A DNA stretch of 64,000 nucleotides, taken from positions 25,358,001-25,422,000 of the forward strand of contig CM069141.1 in NCBI GenBank assembly GCA_035221665.1, in the 5' to 3' direction. Positions 26,992 to 38,754 of this stretch are shown piece by piece; the first letter of the stretch is position 1, and each line of letters opens with the position of its first letter. The notes beneath the pieces are model-generated. The model was not told the DNA's origin. It ran no database searches and worked only from the letters and a program-made list of their open reading frames with translations. Source of the DNA: Okamejei kenojei. Taxonomy: Eukaryota. Made by a program: the position numbers and the translations under genes.

Positions 26992-28032
26992 GAAGGGATT
27001 AAAATGCAGGTGAGGTTTATATTCGTTGTGGAGAGGAATTTGCTCCACAGATCCTTGGATCATTGGAAGTGCAGGACAAAGCAAAAGGTATGTAGTTTAT
27101 TTAACCATTTTTCCCCGCTGAACCTCGCATCCGCAGTGGGGGCCTATCCATCTCGCATCCGCACCTGTCTGAGCCACCAGGCCTGAAGCATCCACGCTGC
27201 TAACTCCCACTCCCCTGGGTTTGACGGCACTGGGTCCTAGTGCCAATCCCAAACCCTGGTAACTTCAGCGGCTGTTCCACTAGGTCTTCCCCATCCCCCT
27301 CAAACTTTGTGACCCCTGCTCTTCCCCATCCACACTACAGTCCTCTCACCCCCGACCACCCACTACCCCCCCCCCCCCCCCCCCCCACCACCAGACATTG
27401 CCTCGGCCTCAATTCACTCACCTGCCTTCCTCGGGCCCCAACACCCATTCCTGCCATGTGTTCATCATCCCCCGTTGATCTCCCCCCTCCGACACCGAAC
27501 GGTCTGTCCTCAGCAGAGGTCTTACCTTTGTCCCCCTCCGTCCCCACCTCAATGAGTTCCGCGCCCACCACGACTTGGAGCTCTTCTACCGTCGCCTCCG
27601 CCTCACAGCGTTCTTCCATGGGCAAGAGTCCTCTCCCACTATTGATGATCCCTTTTCCCATCTCCAACGAACCGCCTCCTCGTGGTCCCCCCTCATGGCA
27701 TCCGGCTTTAGACCTTTTTATCCAAAACTGCCGGCGGGACATCAACTGCCTCAACTTCTCCACTCCCCTGTCTCACTTCAATCTCTCCCCGAACGTACAG
27801 CCATCAACTCACCCCGCAACAACCCAGACTGGGTGATCAAACCCGCCGACAAGGGAGGTGCCGTAGTAGTTTGGCACGCTGATCTCTACAAAGCTGAGGC
27901 CACCTGCCAACTCACGGACACCTCCTCCTACTTACCCCTGGACCATGACCCCACTGACGAGCACCAGGCCACTGTAGAGAAGGTACACAGACACCTTAAG
28001 GTCTTCACTACTTTATTAATCATACATCATAT

Positions 28033-28747
28033 GCACACGGCAGCTGACGCTTCGCTACAACAGCTGGCCGCGGTCATCAAGCATGGCTGGCCACAACGCC
28101 GTTCTTCCCTGCCGGCCGCAGCGGTGCCTTATTTCTTGGTTCGTGACGAGTTGGTGCTGCGTGATGGTGTGATTGTGAAGGGGCACAAGGTCGTGGCGCC
28201 CCCTGCACTACGAGAACAATATTTCGAAACCGCTCATCGTGGCCATCCCGGGGCCGAAGCGACCCTTTCCATCGCTCAGAGCCAGTTCTTCTGGCCTGAC
28301 ATGCCTCGCTACTTCCGGGATAGATTCTCCGCGTGCCCTACCTGCAACAGCCTCGCACTGCAGCAACAGCGGCAGCCGCTCCTGCAGCAGCCAGGTGCTA
28401 ACCTGCCCTGGTCTGCGCTAGCAACCGACATCTTCGAGTGGCACGGAAAACACTTCCTGGTGCTTGTCGACTCTTACTCCAGCTGGTTTGAAGTTGACCA
28501 GCTCCACTCCCTCTCTTCCTCCGTAGTCATCGAGAAGTTGCGCCGCCACTTTGCCACCTTCGGGTCCCCGGCCAGCCTGCAGTCGGACAACGGCAGCCAG
28601 TTCACCAGTGCCGAGTTCCGTGCTTTTGCCGAATGATGGAACTTTTGTCATTACACCAGCAGCCCGGAATACCCGCAGAGCAACGGACTGGCCGAGCGCT
28701 CGGTCCGCAGTGCTAAAGGATTGTTGGAACGTTGCCGCCTATCCCAC
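28033..28747 (+). pseudogene. Second copy of the Gypsy integrase segment
   Basis: Near-identical to about 30581-31293. Confidence 0.9.
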
Positions 28748-29049
28748 TTCTGACACCATGTAGAGAAGGTACACAGACACCTTAAGGTCTTCAATACTGT
28801 ATTAATCATACATCATATAGCCCTTTGCTGTACATGGTCTGTCACGATCACCAGAGAGAGAGCTAAGGGCGTGTGGGTTACAATTATACTAACTGGTGGG
28901 GGAGTGGTTAGCATGGACATCGTCACTATCAATTAAAAGTGTATACACATATCATCTACATCCTTCCTCTACCAAAACAAACAGTGAGTGACAGGGCGAC
29001 CACGTCTCATGCGCTAGGGTAAATGCAAACAGTAAAGCACGGGAATACA

Positions 29050-29758
29050 GAATCACACATAATCGCCGTAACGGACCGGCGACCTGACCAGGCTACCAGA
29101 CCGGGTCCGCACCTCGCGATCACCTCCTTCCTCGACGGGAACAAGCAGGGACGACGCTGGGGCATGGCGGGGGCTATGGACAGGAGAACTTCTGGGCGAC
29201 GAAGGCATCGGGGGGTGGGGCGGCGAAGAGAAGGGCGAGGAAGCCGGAGAAAGCGGGACCGCAGTCAGGAGGCGGACAGGAGAAGGACGAGGGGGGGGGG
29301 GGTGACCCCAGAGGAACGGGCAAAGCACTGGGCTGCGATAGTGGCAGCAGGAGGGGGTGGGGCATACGGAGCCGCCGGGGGAGGGAGAGGATCGTTCACG
29401 AGCCGGAGATGCTGGCGGGACCGGCGGTGGTTGACAAGGTACGAACGAGGGGAACCAGCAGAACCGACGACCACGGCCAGCTTGGAGCGGCCAGACGTGG
29501 ACCTCGTACGGACAACCTGGCCGGGGAGAAGAGGGCGGAGGACACGGCAGGACCTGTCATGGGAACGCTTCTGTATACCGTGTTTTTGGGCAATGAGTTT
29601 CCGGACCAAGGCAGGTTTAAAGACAGAGGGGGACAAGGACTGTTGTGACACTGGGACCGTGGGTCTCGTGACTCGGGACATGAGGCGCTGAGCCGGGGAG
29701 CCCAGGACATGGTCGCGGGAGATGTTGCGGAGGTTCAGCAGGGCAAGGTAAATGTCGG
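29050..29758 (-). pseudogene. Gypsy integrase C-terminal part, sense with respect to the LTRs
   Basis: DIYLALLNLRN..GSPAQRLMSR..LRPLLPGQVVR..PRSYLV..RRSRQHL and the terminal RTRSGSLVRSPVRYGDYV. Confidence 0.85.
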
Positions 29759-31293
29759 GCCCGGGAGGTCAACCTGAAGCTCAACCCGAAGAAGTGCTGA
29801 TTCCGGGTCCCTGAGGTCACCTACATGGGGCATGTCTTCACAGCATCGGGGCTGAAGCCCGACCCGCAGAAGACGGCCGCAATATCCGAGATGCCTGCAC
29901 CTGCGGACGTGCCTGGCCTACAGCGCTTCTTGGGCATGGTCAACTACCTGGGAAGGTTCATCCCTGACCTGAGCGAACTGAGTGCCCCTCTGCGGGATCT
30001 GGTGAAAAAGGACACTGCCTGGGCCCGGTTCCCGCAACACCAGCGAGCATTTGACACCCTCAAATCTAAGCTGATCAGAATGCCAACGCTGAAGCACTTT
30101 GACCTCCAGCGTCCCATCGTTCTCACATGTGATGCATCTAAGTTTGGCCTCGGAGCTGCCTGCCTGCAGATCCATGACGGGGTGCAACTGCCTGTGTCCT
30201 ACGCATCCCGCACAATGACAACCGCTGAACAACACTATGCCCAGATTGAAAAGGAGCTGCTGGCTGTTGTCTTTGCCTGCTCTAAATTCAAGGACTATAT
30301 CCTGGGCACCTGCTTCACTGTCGAGACGGACCACCAGCCTCTGGTCACCATCCTCAACAAGCCGATTACACATGGCCTCCTCCTGGCTCCAGCGCATGAT
30401 GCTCCAGCTACAACGCTTCACTTTCACAGTGGTTTATCGCAAGGGCAAGGACATGTTTGTTGCTGACACGCTGTCTCGGGCGCCTCTCTCATCCACAACC
30501 TGACATCCGTACGAGGCGTCCAATCTGATAGTCCTAAATGTCAATTTTGTGCCCTCCAGTCAGTTGAAGTCCCTGGCCAAGCACACGGCGGCTGATGCTT
30601 CGCTACAACAGCTGGCCGCGGTCATCAAGCATGGCTGGCCACAACGCCATTCTTCCCTGCTGGCCGCAGCGGTGCCTTATTTCTTGGTTCGTGACGAGTT
30701 GGTGCTGCGTGATGGTGTGATTGTGAAGGGGCACAAGGTGGTGGTGCCCCCTGCACTACGAGAACAATACTTCGAAACCGCTCATCGTGGCCATCCCGGG
30801 GCCGAAGCGACCCTTTCCATCGCTCAGAGCCAGTTTTTCTGGCCTGACATGCCTCGCTACTTCCGGGATAGATTCTCCGCGTGCCCTACCTGCAACAGCG
30901 GTCGCACTGCAGCAACAGCGGCAGCCGCTCCTACAGCAGCCAGCTGCTAACCTGCCCTGGTCTGCGCTAGCAACCGACATCTTCGAGTGGCACGGAAAGC
31001 ACTTCCTGGTGCTTGTGGACTCTTACTCCAGCTGGTTTGAAGTTACCAGCTCCAATCCCTCTCTTCCTCCGTGGTCATCGAGGAGTTGCGCCGCCACTTT
31101 GCCACCTTCGGGTCCCCGCCAGCCTGCAGTCGGACAACGGCAGCCAGTTCACCAGTGCCGAGTTCCGTCTTTTGTCGAACAATGGAACTTTCGTCATTAC
31201 ACCAGCAGCCCGGAATACCCGCAGAGCAACGGACTGGCCGAGCGCGCGGTCCGCAGTGCTAAAGGATTGTTGGAACGTTGCCGCCTATCCCAC
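29756..31293 (+). pseudogene. Gypsy pol fragment (RT C-terminus, RNase H, integrase), antisense to its LTRs
   Basis: NLKLNPKKC, LQRFLGMVNYL, CDASKFGLGA, YAQIEKELLA, ETDHQPL, ADTLSR, HRGHPG..CPTC, LVDSYS, SDNGSQF, PQSNGLAERAV, with frameshifts and stops. Confidence 0.92.
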
Positions 31294-34200
31294 TTCTGAC
31301 ACCATGTAGAGAAGGTACACAGACACCTTAAGGTCTTCACTACTTTATTAATCATACATCATATAGCCCTTAGCTGTACATGGTCTGTCACAATCACCAG
31401 AGAGAGAGCTAAGGGCGTGTGGGTTACAATTATACTAACTGGTGGGGGAGTGGTTAGCATGGACATCGTCACTATCAATTAAAGGTGTACACACATATCA
31501 TCTACAGCCACTATCTCTAGCACCATCACCGACTTCATCAACTCCGGCTCCCTGCCCTTCCTCGAGCTTCCAGCCTCATCGTTCTCCAGCCCCGTACAGC
31601 CCGATTTTACCTTCTCCCCAAAATCCACAAACCTGACTGCCCTGGTAGACCCATTGTCTCTACCTATTCATGCCCTACCAAACTCATTTCCCATACCTTG
31701 ACCATCCAACGCCCCTGGTTAAATCCCTCCCTACCTATGTTCAAGGCACCTCAAACACTCTCCGTCGTCTCCGGGCATTCAATTCTCTAGGCCCCCATCC
31801 CTTCATCTTCACCATGGATGTCCAGTCACTCTACACCTCCATCCTCCACCAGGATGGTCTCAAAGTCCTCCGGTTCTTCCTCGACCGGAGAATCAACCTA
31901 TCCCCATCCACTGGTACTATCATCCGCTTAGCGAAGTTGGTCCTTACCCTCAATAACTTCTCGTTTGACTCCTCCCATTTCCTCCAAATACAAGCTGTAG
32001 CTATGGGCACGCGCATGGGCCCCAGCTATGCCTGCCTCTTTGTCGGTACGTCGAACAATCTTTATTCGAGGCGTACCAGGGCCCCATCCCTGACCTCTAC
32101 CTCCATTACATCGACGATTTCTTTGGTGCTACCTCCTGCACCCACACACATCCGCTTCACTATGATCAGCCATGATCATATTGAATGGCGGTGCAGGCTC
32201 GAAGGGCTGAATGGCCTACTCCTGCACCTAATTTCATCTGCTTCACCATTAACTTCCATCAGGCACTCAAATACACCTGGACCATTTCCGACACTTCCCT
32301 ACCATTTCTTGACCTCACTATCTCCATCGCCGGTGATAGACTTCTGACCGACATCCACTATAAACCCACTGACTCCCATGGTTATCTAGACTACTCTTCT
32401 TCCCACCCTGCTTCCAGTAAGGACTCCATCCCCTACTCCCAATTCTTCCGTCTACACCGCATCTGCTCCCAGGATGAGGTGTTTCACACCAGGGCATCGG
32501 AAATATCCTCCTTCTTCAGGGAACGGGGGTTCCCCTCCCCCACTATAGATGAGGCTCTCACCAGGGTCTCTTCCATATCCCGTAACACTGCTCTCTCTCC
32601 CCATCCCCCCACTCGCAACAAGGGCAGAGTCCCCCTAGTCCTCATCTTTCATCCCACTAGCCGTCACATACAACAAATAGTTGTGCGTCATTTTCGCCAA
32701 CTCCAACGTGACCCCACCACTAGCCGCGTCTTCCCATCTCTCCCCCCCCCCCCCCCCCCACCCCCTTGGTCTGCTTTTCGCAAAGATCGCTCCCTCTGCA
32801 ACCCGCTGGTCAATTCTTCCCTTCCCTCCCGCACCACCCGAAGTCTACAGGCTGAGCAGGGCAGAGATTCACGCTGGTGGCCCTCGGCAAAGGGATCCCA
32901 GGGCTCCATGATGTTCAAATCAGCGCAGCCGGAGGCTGGGAGCTCCACAAACCACAGCTCCATGATGTAGAAGCAGCAGGCCCAACACTCCAGAGCTTCA
33001 AACGGCGATCCAGGTAAGGCATCGCTCGCTCTGCGGTGAATCCAATATGTATTTTAAAACCAACTGTTTAATGACAACATACAGTAGGATCTAACAGTGT
33101 CACACTGTCACTGTCGGGTAGTCATGGTCCTCTAGTCATAGGGGGTGGGGGATTGGGAGGGGGGGCCTCACAAGTGAAATAGCTTAGCGCCTCTCTTAAT
33201 CTAAATCCGGCCCTGCTTCCTACACATGTTAATTCCTTGTTTGTTTGCTGAATAATTTCAACAATTTTGGTGGTAAGAAGCTGAATCTACAATAAACAAT
33301 TTTGCAAAGTTCATAAATATTATATTCATTGTGCAGTTGACACAGTTAGCAAAGTGACTTTTGGCCATGCCATAGTCTACCTCTTCCCTACTGAAATCGT
33401 GTCAAGCTTGGGTTTGTGCTGCATCAAACAACTTTGTCTCTTCGCTGTCAGCTTTCGCAACTCACAGAGATATCGAGAAAGAATGTTCACGTTAAATTTT
33501 GAACCATTAAAAGGTGCTGTGTGCACTCCACACTGTAGGAAGAAGTACACAGTTTCTGAGCTTTTCATTGTTGGCAATTAGATTCTCAAAGCGAATGCAC
33601 TGGAAGAGTTCCAATTTACCAATGATAAATTTGGCACCAGCTCAATCAGTTAAATAAGTTGAAGGTTATAAAGCAATCTATCTCGTCCAAGTCACATGTC
33701 ACTCAGAGCTGCCATTAACCCCACATCTGAACCTGCTGAAACATTTTAGTGTCTGTGCAATTCCATCATCATGGATGACATGATTAACCGTGACATTAAT
33801 GGACACATCAAACAACTGAATGCATCCTTGGGGCATTTTAACAAGTGAATGTTAGACCAGCAAGGCATAAAATGGAGTGGAGTTTTAAACTACATCAAGC
33901 AGAAATCTTGCTAAATGTATCTTTAACTATTTTTACCCTGGTTGTGATGGCAGGTCACGAACCTGACACATCAACTCTATTCCTCTTTCCACAGACGCTG
34001 TCCAATTTTCAGAATATCTCCAACATCTCCATCCATTATTTATCGTGTGGCTGAAAATCTTTAATCTGTTACCAAGAAATATGCTAAAAAGAATGAGCTG
34101 ACCAGTTCCATCTGCTGTTTTGGACATCAAATGGTGAGAGAAAATACTGAAATGAGAACAGGGACAAATGCTTCAAATATTAATGGATGGTGGTAAAAGC

Positions 34201-34507
34201 ACAGCTGCATTGATCAAATGATTTGCCACAGACAGCTGTGGAGACCAAGTCTTTCGGTATTTTTAAAGCAGACTTTGACAGGTATTTGATTATTAAGGAT
34301 GTCAAACATGACAAGGATTAGGCAGGAGAATGGCATTGAGAGGGAGAGATAGATCAGCCAAGACTGAATGGCGAGGTAGCCTTGATGGGCCGACTTGCCT
34401 AATTCTCCTCCTATGGCTTATGAACTTTATACAGTGAAAATCAATAAAAATCAGCTGCTGTAACTCGGTGAGTTTGGGCGTGGGAACATTACTGTAGAGA
34501 CCAGTAC

Positions 34508-35258
34508 AAGTTTAGTTTAGTTTACTTTAGTTTAAACATACAGTTTGGAAACAGGCCCTTCGGCCCACCAAGTCCATGCCGACCCTATACAATAGCACTA
34601 TCTGACACACAAGGGACAATTTACAATTCTAACTGAAGCCAATTAACCTGCAAACCTGTACGTCTTTCGAATGAGGAAGGAAACTAGAGCATTCGAAGAA
34701 AAACCACGCAGTCACAGGAAAAATGGACAAACTCCGTACAGACACCACCTGTAGTCAGGATTAGAAACATAGAAACATAGAAAATAGGTGCAGGAGTAGG
34801 CCATTCAGCCCTTCGAGCCTGCACCGCCATTCAATATGATCATGGCTGATCATCCAACTCAGTATCCTGTACCTGCCTTCTCTCCATACCCCTTGATCCC
34901 TTTGGCCACAAGGGCCACACCTAACTCCCTCTTACGTATAGCCAATGAACTGGCCTCAACTACCTTCTGTGGCAGATAATTCCAGAGACTCACCACTCTC
35001 TGTTAAAAAATGTTTTCCTCATCTCGGTCCTAAAGGAATTCCCCCCTTATCCTTAGACTGTGACCCCTTGTTCTGGACCTCCCCAACATCGGGAACAATC
35101 TTCCTGCATCTAGCCTATCCAACCCCTTAGAATTTTGTAAGTTTCTATAAGATCCCCCCTCAGTCTTCTAAATTCTAGCGAATTTGAACCTGGGTCTCTA
35201 AATTGAACCTGGGTCTCTGGCGCTGTAATGTAGCAACTCCACCGCTGCGCCACTGTGT
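34508..35258 (-). mobile_element. HE1/V-SINE interrupted by a CR1 3' end (about 34762-35178, minus strand)
   Basis: The SINE halves join at GTCAGGATT / GAACCTGGGTCTCT. The insert carries an (AGAAACAT)n tail and RRLRGDLIETYKIL. Confidence 0.85.
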
Positions 35259-35569
35259 GCACAACTGGTTCAAGGAGAAGCCCCAGTATGTTATGATCTC
35301 CCTGGCTCCACTCTGGAGGGCTGGAATCCTTCTGCCATGCGCACATTTGCAAAAGTGTTGGCACATTTCAAAAGCCAGAGTCAAGCTGCTGTGAGGCAGG
35401 GAAAATAATTTATTGTCTCTTATTTAAACCCTCCCTCCCTTCCTTCAAGCTGCAACAGTTCAAAATGAACATTATCATCTGCTGATAGCTGAATTGACAG
35501 ATTACAGTAATCCATATTTATTAATCAAACTGATTATGTGTAGGTTTTATATTTTAACTTGTGGCCATA

Positions 35570-35731
35570 TTACTGGTTGCCCATACTGCTCTTTCTGTCC
35601 TGTGCCTCCTCCTTTACCAGAGCAAGGCCAAATGCTTATTGGAGAAACAGCACCTCATATTTTACTCCCCCCCCCTCCACCCCCCTCCCATATGCCCCAC
35701 CTAGACTTGCAGCTATTTCTCCCCTCTCACT

Positions 35732-35763
<32 letters not shown>

Positions 35764-35985
35764 ACCCCCCCCCCCCCCCCCCCCCCCCCCCACATTCCAT
35801 CCTCAGGCTTCACAATTTGACTCTTCAATCCTCCATGTCACACCTCCTGTTTCAATCTATGGCCTTTGCTCCAACCATCTGCATTTCAAAATCCTCCTTG
35901 CGTGAGCCCTGTCATGCTGTGTCCTGCTTCTCCTCTCTCCTAGCTTTCTACCCAAACCCCTCACCCCTCTCCCTTACAATCAGAC
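35570..35985 (+). mobile_element. Degraded Penelope 3' region containing a poly-C tract (about 35733-35791)
   Basis: GGAGAAACAGCACCTCATATTT resembles the EEQHLIF C-terminal motif; a C-rich tail follows. Confidence 0.5.
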
Positions 35986-37265
35986 GACATATATGTGCTG
36001 GACCTTGGATAGATCATCTGAGATGTTGACGCCCAGGAATTTGAAACTGCTAACTTTCTCTACCACCAATGCAAACTGGTGCATGATCTCCTAACTTTCT
36101 AAATTCAATAATTAGGTTGAGGAGGTGGCCACACTGGCCAGGTTTCTATCTCTTTCTTGTACACTGACTTATCACCACAAATGATGGGGTCAACCACAGT
36201 GGTGTTGTCAGCCTATTTGTCGGTAGTATTTGTTAACAATACACTTACTTGTGTGAAATTCCACATAACAGCATATTACAAGATGCTATTAGATTATATT
36301 ACACAAAATATCACAAAAAAAACAGTGAAATAATGTAGCCTTCATACTGTAACAATCTTACCGTTTTAACTCTGAATCCTATCAGATTCATTCACTTGTA
36401 TTCCCCTTTGACTGTTGTGATGTATGTGATATAATTAGCATATGTTATGTCTTGTGTGAGGGGACGCATGCGCTGGGGGAGACTCAAGGTGGCGTCCTAG
36501 AATAAAGAACCTTGTTAATTTACTCCTGTATCTGAGTGTTCTTTTAAGTCAGTTCCAAGCACTCAAATACACTACAATGGGCAACGAGGGTGGGATGTAG
36601 TTTGTGAACTCACCCGCAGGACTGTTTTGCAACATGCAGGATTGTTTAACAGTTTAAATAGGAAATATGGAGTTGTGTCGCAGCTGGACATGAGAGGCCT
36701 GCAGATCCCTCTAAGCTTGATCGCTCTGCAAGCTGCATACCATGGTTACCGATCAAGGGTACACTACAGAGCTATGGGACAAGCAGTCATTTCGATCCAG
36801 ATGGGACTGTAGTTTAAAACATCAGCTGTACAAGTCAGCAAGTTTGTCAGGCTATCTCTATGTTGTGTCTACGTGGCAAGATGTCGTCCTTCGGATTGTT
36901 ACACATTTTAGGCTGAGTTTTTTTTGTCGAATTCCTCAAGCTGAATAATCATTCTACAGCTATGTTTTAGGTGAATTGTTACACGAAAACACACAACAAG
37001 GATAACGAGGCAATGAGGATAAAAGAACAGAAAAGAACAAAGAAGAAGGGCTGTCAAGAGAAAAAAAAAGTTAAAAAGAAGAGGTTGTGTTTGGAAACAA
37101 AGTGGAACGGCACTAAGCAAAAGGATTTGGCGCCAAATAGTTTTGAATTGGCGCCAAAGAAAAGAAAGGTCGGAACCAGAAACAAGGAAAACAAGTGGGG
37201 CAGTAAGTAGGTGACACCGAAGGACGCAGCCGAAAGCTGGAAGCCTAACCAGCAGGACAGCGACG

Positions 37266-37525
37266 GTGTCAACTTACCTGGAATGCTTTCCAGGGCCATG
37301 CAGCCACGGCAAAGGGGCAGAAGAGGCCCAGCAGCCGCCACCGACTTCGGGTGAGATCCAGGGATATCGCTGCAGAGGAAAAGAAGATAGCATGGTTCGT
37401 ATTAGGCTTAGGAAGAGAGGGTTATCAGACCTTACGTATGTTACTGCTGCCAGCAAAGCCCACAGACAAAATGTACGAGGAGTGTAAGGAGGCATTAATG
37501 GCTCATTTCTCGCCAAAACCTCCAA
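37266..37525 (+). pseudogene. Gypsy gag N-terminal remnant
   Basis: STYLECF...EEKKIAWFVLGLGREGYQTLRMLLLPAKPTDKMYEECKEALMAHFSPKP matches the typical G..Y.LLR.L..P.KP.DK.Y.EL...L..HF.PKP gag start. Confidence 0.75.
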
Positions 37526-37689
37526 GGGCATCCAGAGGCAAGAAGCCTGAACTAAAGAGGGTAGGGAGTCCCTCAAAGGACAAAATTCAAGGGCAAAGTG
37601 ACAAAAGTCAAGTGCCAAGTGACAAAGGTCAAGTGGAAAAGGCCAAATGTCAAAGGCAAAGGGACAAAAGTCAAATGCAAAGGGACATT

Positions 37690-38745
37690 GCCATCCAGTG
37701 GGCAACCCTAACTATTCAAGCTGCATTCAGGGGTATGAAGGTACAGAAAGAGATCTGGAACAAACAGAAGGCAGCAACGATAATACAAACAACATTTAGA
37801 AGGCACAGAGTATACCATCCATACAGGGCAATGAGATTGGCAGCTATAATAGTGCAAACCCATTCTAGGGCACACCTTCAAATGAAAAGTGATTGCAAGA
37901 CTTACATGAAGGTACACAGCAGTGTTGTGCTGATTCAGGCTGCTTACCGAGGAATGGTTGTTCGAAAGCAATTGTGGTGCATGCACAAATCTGCACGTCA
38001 TACAGACTTATTATCAGATGCATAAACAGCGTCAGAATTTCAAGAAACTACGCTGGTCTGCCATTGCTGTACAGCAATGATACAGAGCTTGCCAGATAAG
38101 CGATGTCCAAGTGAGACATTATTATAGTTTGAGAAAAGCAGTGGTTTGTATTCAAGCCTTCTACTGCGGGAGTAAAGCCAGAGAATTGGTTGAGAAAATC
38201 AAGGCAGCACGCCATATTAAGTCAATCTTAATGATGTGCATTAAAAGAAAAAAATTCTTGATGCAAAAGGCAGCTGTTGTCACTCTGCAAGCTGCATACC
38301 ATGGTTACCGATCAAGGGTACACTACAGAGCTATGCGACAAGCAGTCATTTCGATCCAGAGATGGTACAAAGCATGCAAAATAGGGCATTCCCAGTTTGT
38401 GCAATATCAGTCAATGAGGTTTGCAACCATTACCATTCAGGCTGCCTACAAGGGTATGGCAGTTAGGCAGTGGATTAAGCAAAAGAGGGCTACTGTAAAG
38501 GTTCAGTCAGTACTTCGTATGAGTTGGTATAGGAAAGACCTAAGGAGACAAATAGATGCACAACAGAAAAGGCTGAAATGATACAAAAGGCTTAAACGAT
38601 ATAGGAAAGACTTCCTCAAACTGAAATATACAACAGTTGTAGTGCAGTCTCACTACCGTGCTTATGTAGTAAGAAAACTATGCAGAGCACAAATCAAAGC
38701 CACTGTTGTATTGCAAAGACAATATAGATCCTACTTCTTGATGAA
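37690..38745 (+). pseudogene. ASPM: Captured ASPM-like IQ-repeat fragment
   Basis: Tandem IQ motifs IQAAFRGMKV, IQTTFRRH, IQAAYRGMVVRK, IQTYY, IQAFYCG, LQAAYHG, IQRWYKA, IQAAYKGMAVR, VQSHYRAY, LQRQYRSY at ASPM-like spacing, with one frameshift and several stops. Confidence 0.8.
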
Positions 38746-38754
38746 TAACCAGAA

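Larger units (their letters stand above)
27973..31506 (-). mobile_element. Rearranged tandem Gypsy LTR retrotransposon
   Basis: GCCAC TSD (27968-72 and 31507-11). 202-bp TGTAGA..TCTACA LTRs at 28759-28960 and 31305-31506, plus a 60-bp partial LTR at 27973-28032. Minus-strand PBS TGGTGTCAGAAGTGGGAT (tRNA-Leu-like) and PPT AGAGGAAGGA. Confidence 0.92.
27115..32840 (+). mobile_element. Penelope-like retroelement (RT), interrupted by Gypsy at 27973-31506
   Basis: LSRGLTFVP-like start, IKPADKGGAVVVW, MDVQSLYTSI, AMGTRMGPSYACLF, YIDD, KPTDSHGYLDYSSSHP, VPLVLIFHP. The element sequence resumes after the GCCAC TSD. Confidence 0.9.
26736..33215. mobile_element. Non-autonomous hAT-type element expanded by nested insertions
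   Basis: TIRs CAGATCCGGATTTA and TAAATCCGGCCCTG, perfect 8-bp TSD CTTCCTAC (26728-35 and 33216-23), subterminal 43-bp tandem duplication at about 26835-26920. Confidence 0.8.

Noticed and set aside
35494-36029. Proline-rich (formin/WASP-like) ORFs; similar cases at 26863-27836 and 46353-46702
   Set aside because: They arise from poly-C/poly-G tracts within repeats.
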